Positions 63,345 to 64,000 of a stretch of DNA of 64,000 nucleotides are shown here, piece after piece. Numbering within the stretch: the stretch's first letter is position 1; every line of letters begins with the position of its first letter. The notes below the pieces were generated by a model. That model made no database searches, was not told the DNA's origin, and was given only the letters and a program-made list of their open reading frames with translations. The DNA comes from Candidatus Aminicenantes bacterium (GTDB lineage Bacteria > Acidobacteriota > Aminicenantia > Aminicenantales > UBA4085): the NCBI GenBank assembly GCA_963803915.1, contig CAWDOL010000015.1, positions 24,323-88,322 of the forward strand. The letters run 5' to 3'. The position numbers were made by a program, and so were the translations under genes.

Positions 63345-64000
63345 ATGCAAAACCACCAGGCCGACATTCTCATCATCGGGGCGGGGCCGGCCGGGCTGAC
63401 CGCGGCCATCTACGCGTCCCGGGCCGGAAAGAGGACCGTCGTCCTCGAGGGCGAGCGGGCCGCCTCGCGCATGTCCATCAGCTGGGAGCTCGAGAACTTC
63501 CCCGGCTATCTCTCGATCAACAGCCGGGAGCTGCTGGAGAAGTTCCGGGCTCACGCCCTCCACTTCGGGGCCGAGTTCGTCAAGGGGGACGCCATCGCTC
63601 TGTCGCTGGAGAGCGATCCCAAGTTCGTCTCCACGACGGACGCTTTCATCGAGGCCAAGACCGTCATCCTGGCGACCGGCAAGCCGTTCGCCAAGGAGAG
63701 GCAGATCCCCGGCGAGGAAAGGCTGGTGGGATTCGGGGTCAGCTACTGCGCGGTCTGCGACGGCCCTCTCTACCGGGGCCGCGATGTCGCCGCCTACGGC
63801 TCGTCCGAGGAGGCGGTCGAGGATGTTTTCGCGCTGAACCAGATGGGCGTCAACGTCCATTGGGTGACCGGCAGGATCAAGGATCCGGCCGCCCTGGAGG
63901 AGGCCTTTGTCCGGGCCGAGAAGATGGGCGTCATCCTCCATGCCGGGACGGAGATCAGGGAGATCGTCGGCGACAAGGGCGTCGAGAAGCTGGTTTTGAA
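63345..64000 (+). CDS. trxB: Thioredoxin reductase-like flavoprotein; runs off the window
   Basis: IIGAGPAGLTAAIYASR, ENFPG, ILATG, GVSYCAVCDG. Confidence 0.85.
   Translation, partial: MQNHQADILIIGAGPAGLTAAIYASRAGKRTVVLEGERAASRMSISWELENFPGYLSINSRELLEKFRAHALHFGAEFVKGDAIALSLESDPKFVSTTDAFIEAKTVILATGKPFAKERQIPGEERLVGFGVSYCAVCDGPLYRGRDVAAYGSSEEAVEDVFALNQMGVNVHWVTGRIKDPAALEEAFVRAEKMGVILHAGTEIREIVGDKGVEKLVL

Overview
GC-rich bacterial chromosomal window, probably a long-read metagenome assembly: about 20 otherwise intact genes carry single-base frameshifts, so several computed ORFs are false fusions or fragments. The gene repertoire (Ser/Thr kinase-TPR receptor, duplicated MacB-type permease, secreted kinase-like protein, Tat glycosidases) suggests Acidobacteriota/Ca. 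Aminicenantes; this is inference only. Content: surface-glycosylation genes, carbohydrate-active enzymes (GH109, GH116, heparinase II/III-like, DUF1080), AddAB, a SecA paralog, two diguanylate cyclases, a decayed AbiE toxin-antitoxin locus, an O-acetylation cluster beside mltD, ppa, transporters, a DEAD-box helicase and the start of trxB. No rRNA, tRNA, CRISPR array or transposase was seen. Main signals: (1) a small membrane uORF ending in RAPP whose stop codon pairs with the Shine-Dalgarno of a tail-anchored SecA paralog, i.e. a candidate SecM-like arrest-peptide system; (2) three families of dispersed non-autonomous repeats, one lying in coding sequence in apparently three different frames and one apparently supplying -35 boxes; (3) a 3.3-kb insert bounded by a 74-nt duplication of a gene 3' end, with a group II intron domain V-like hairpin at its left edge.
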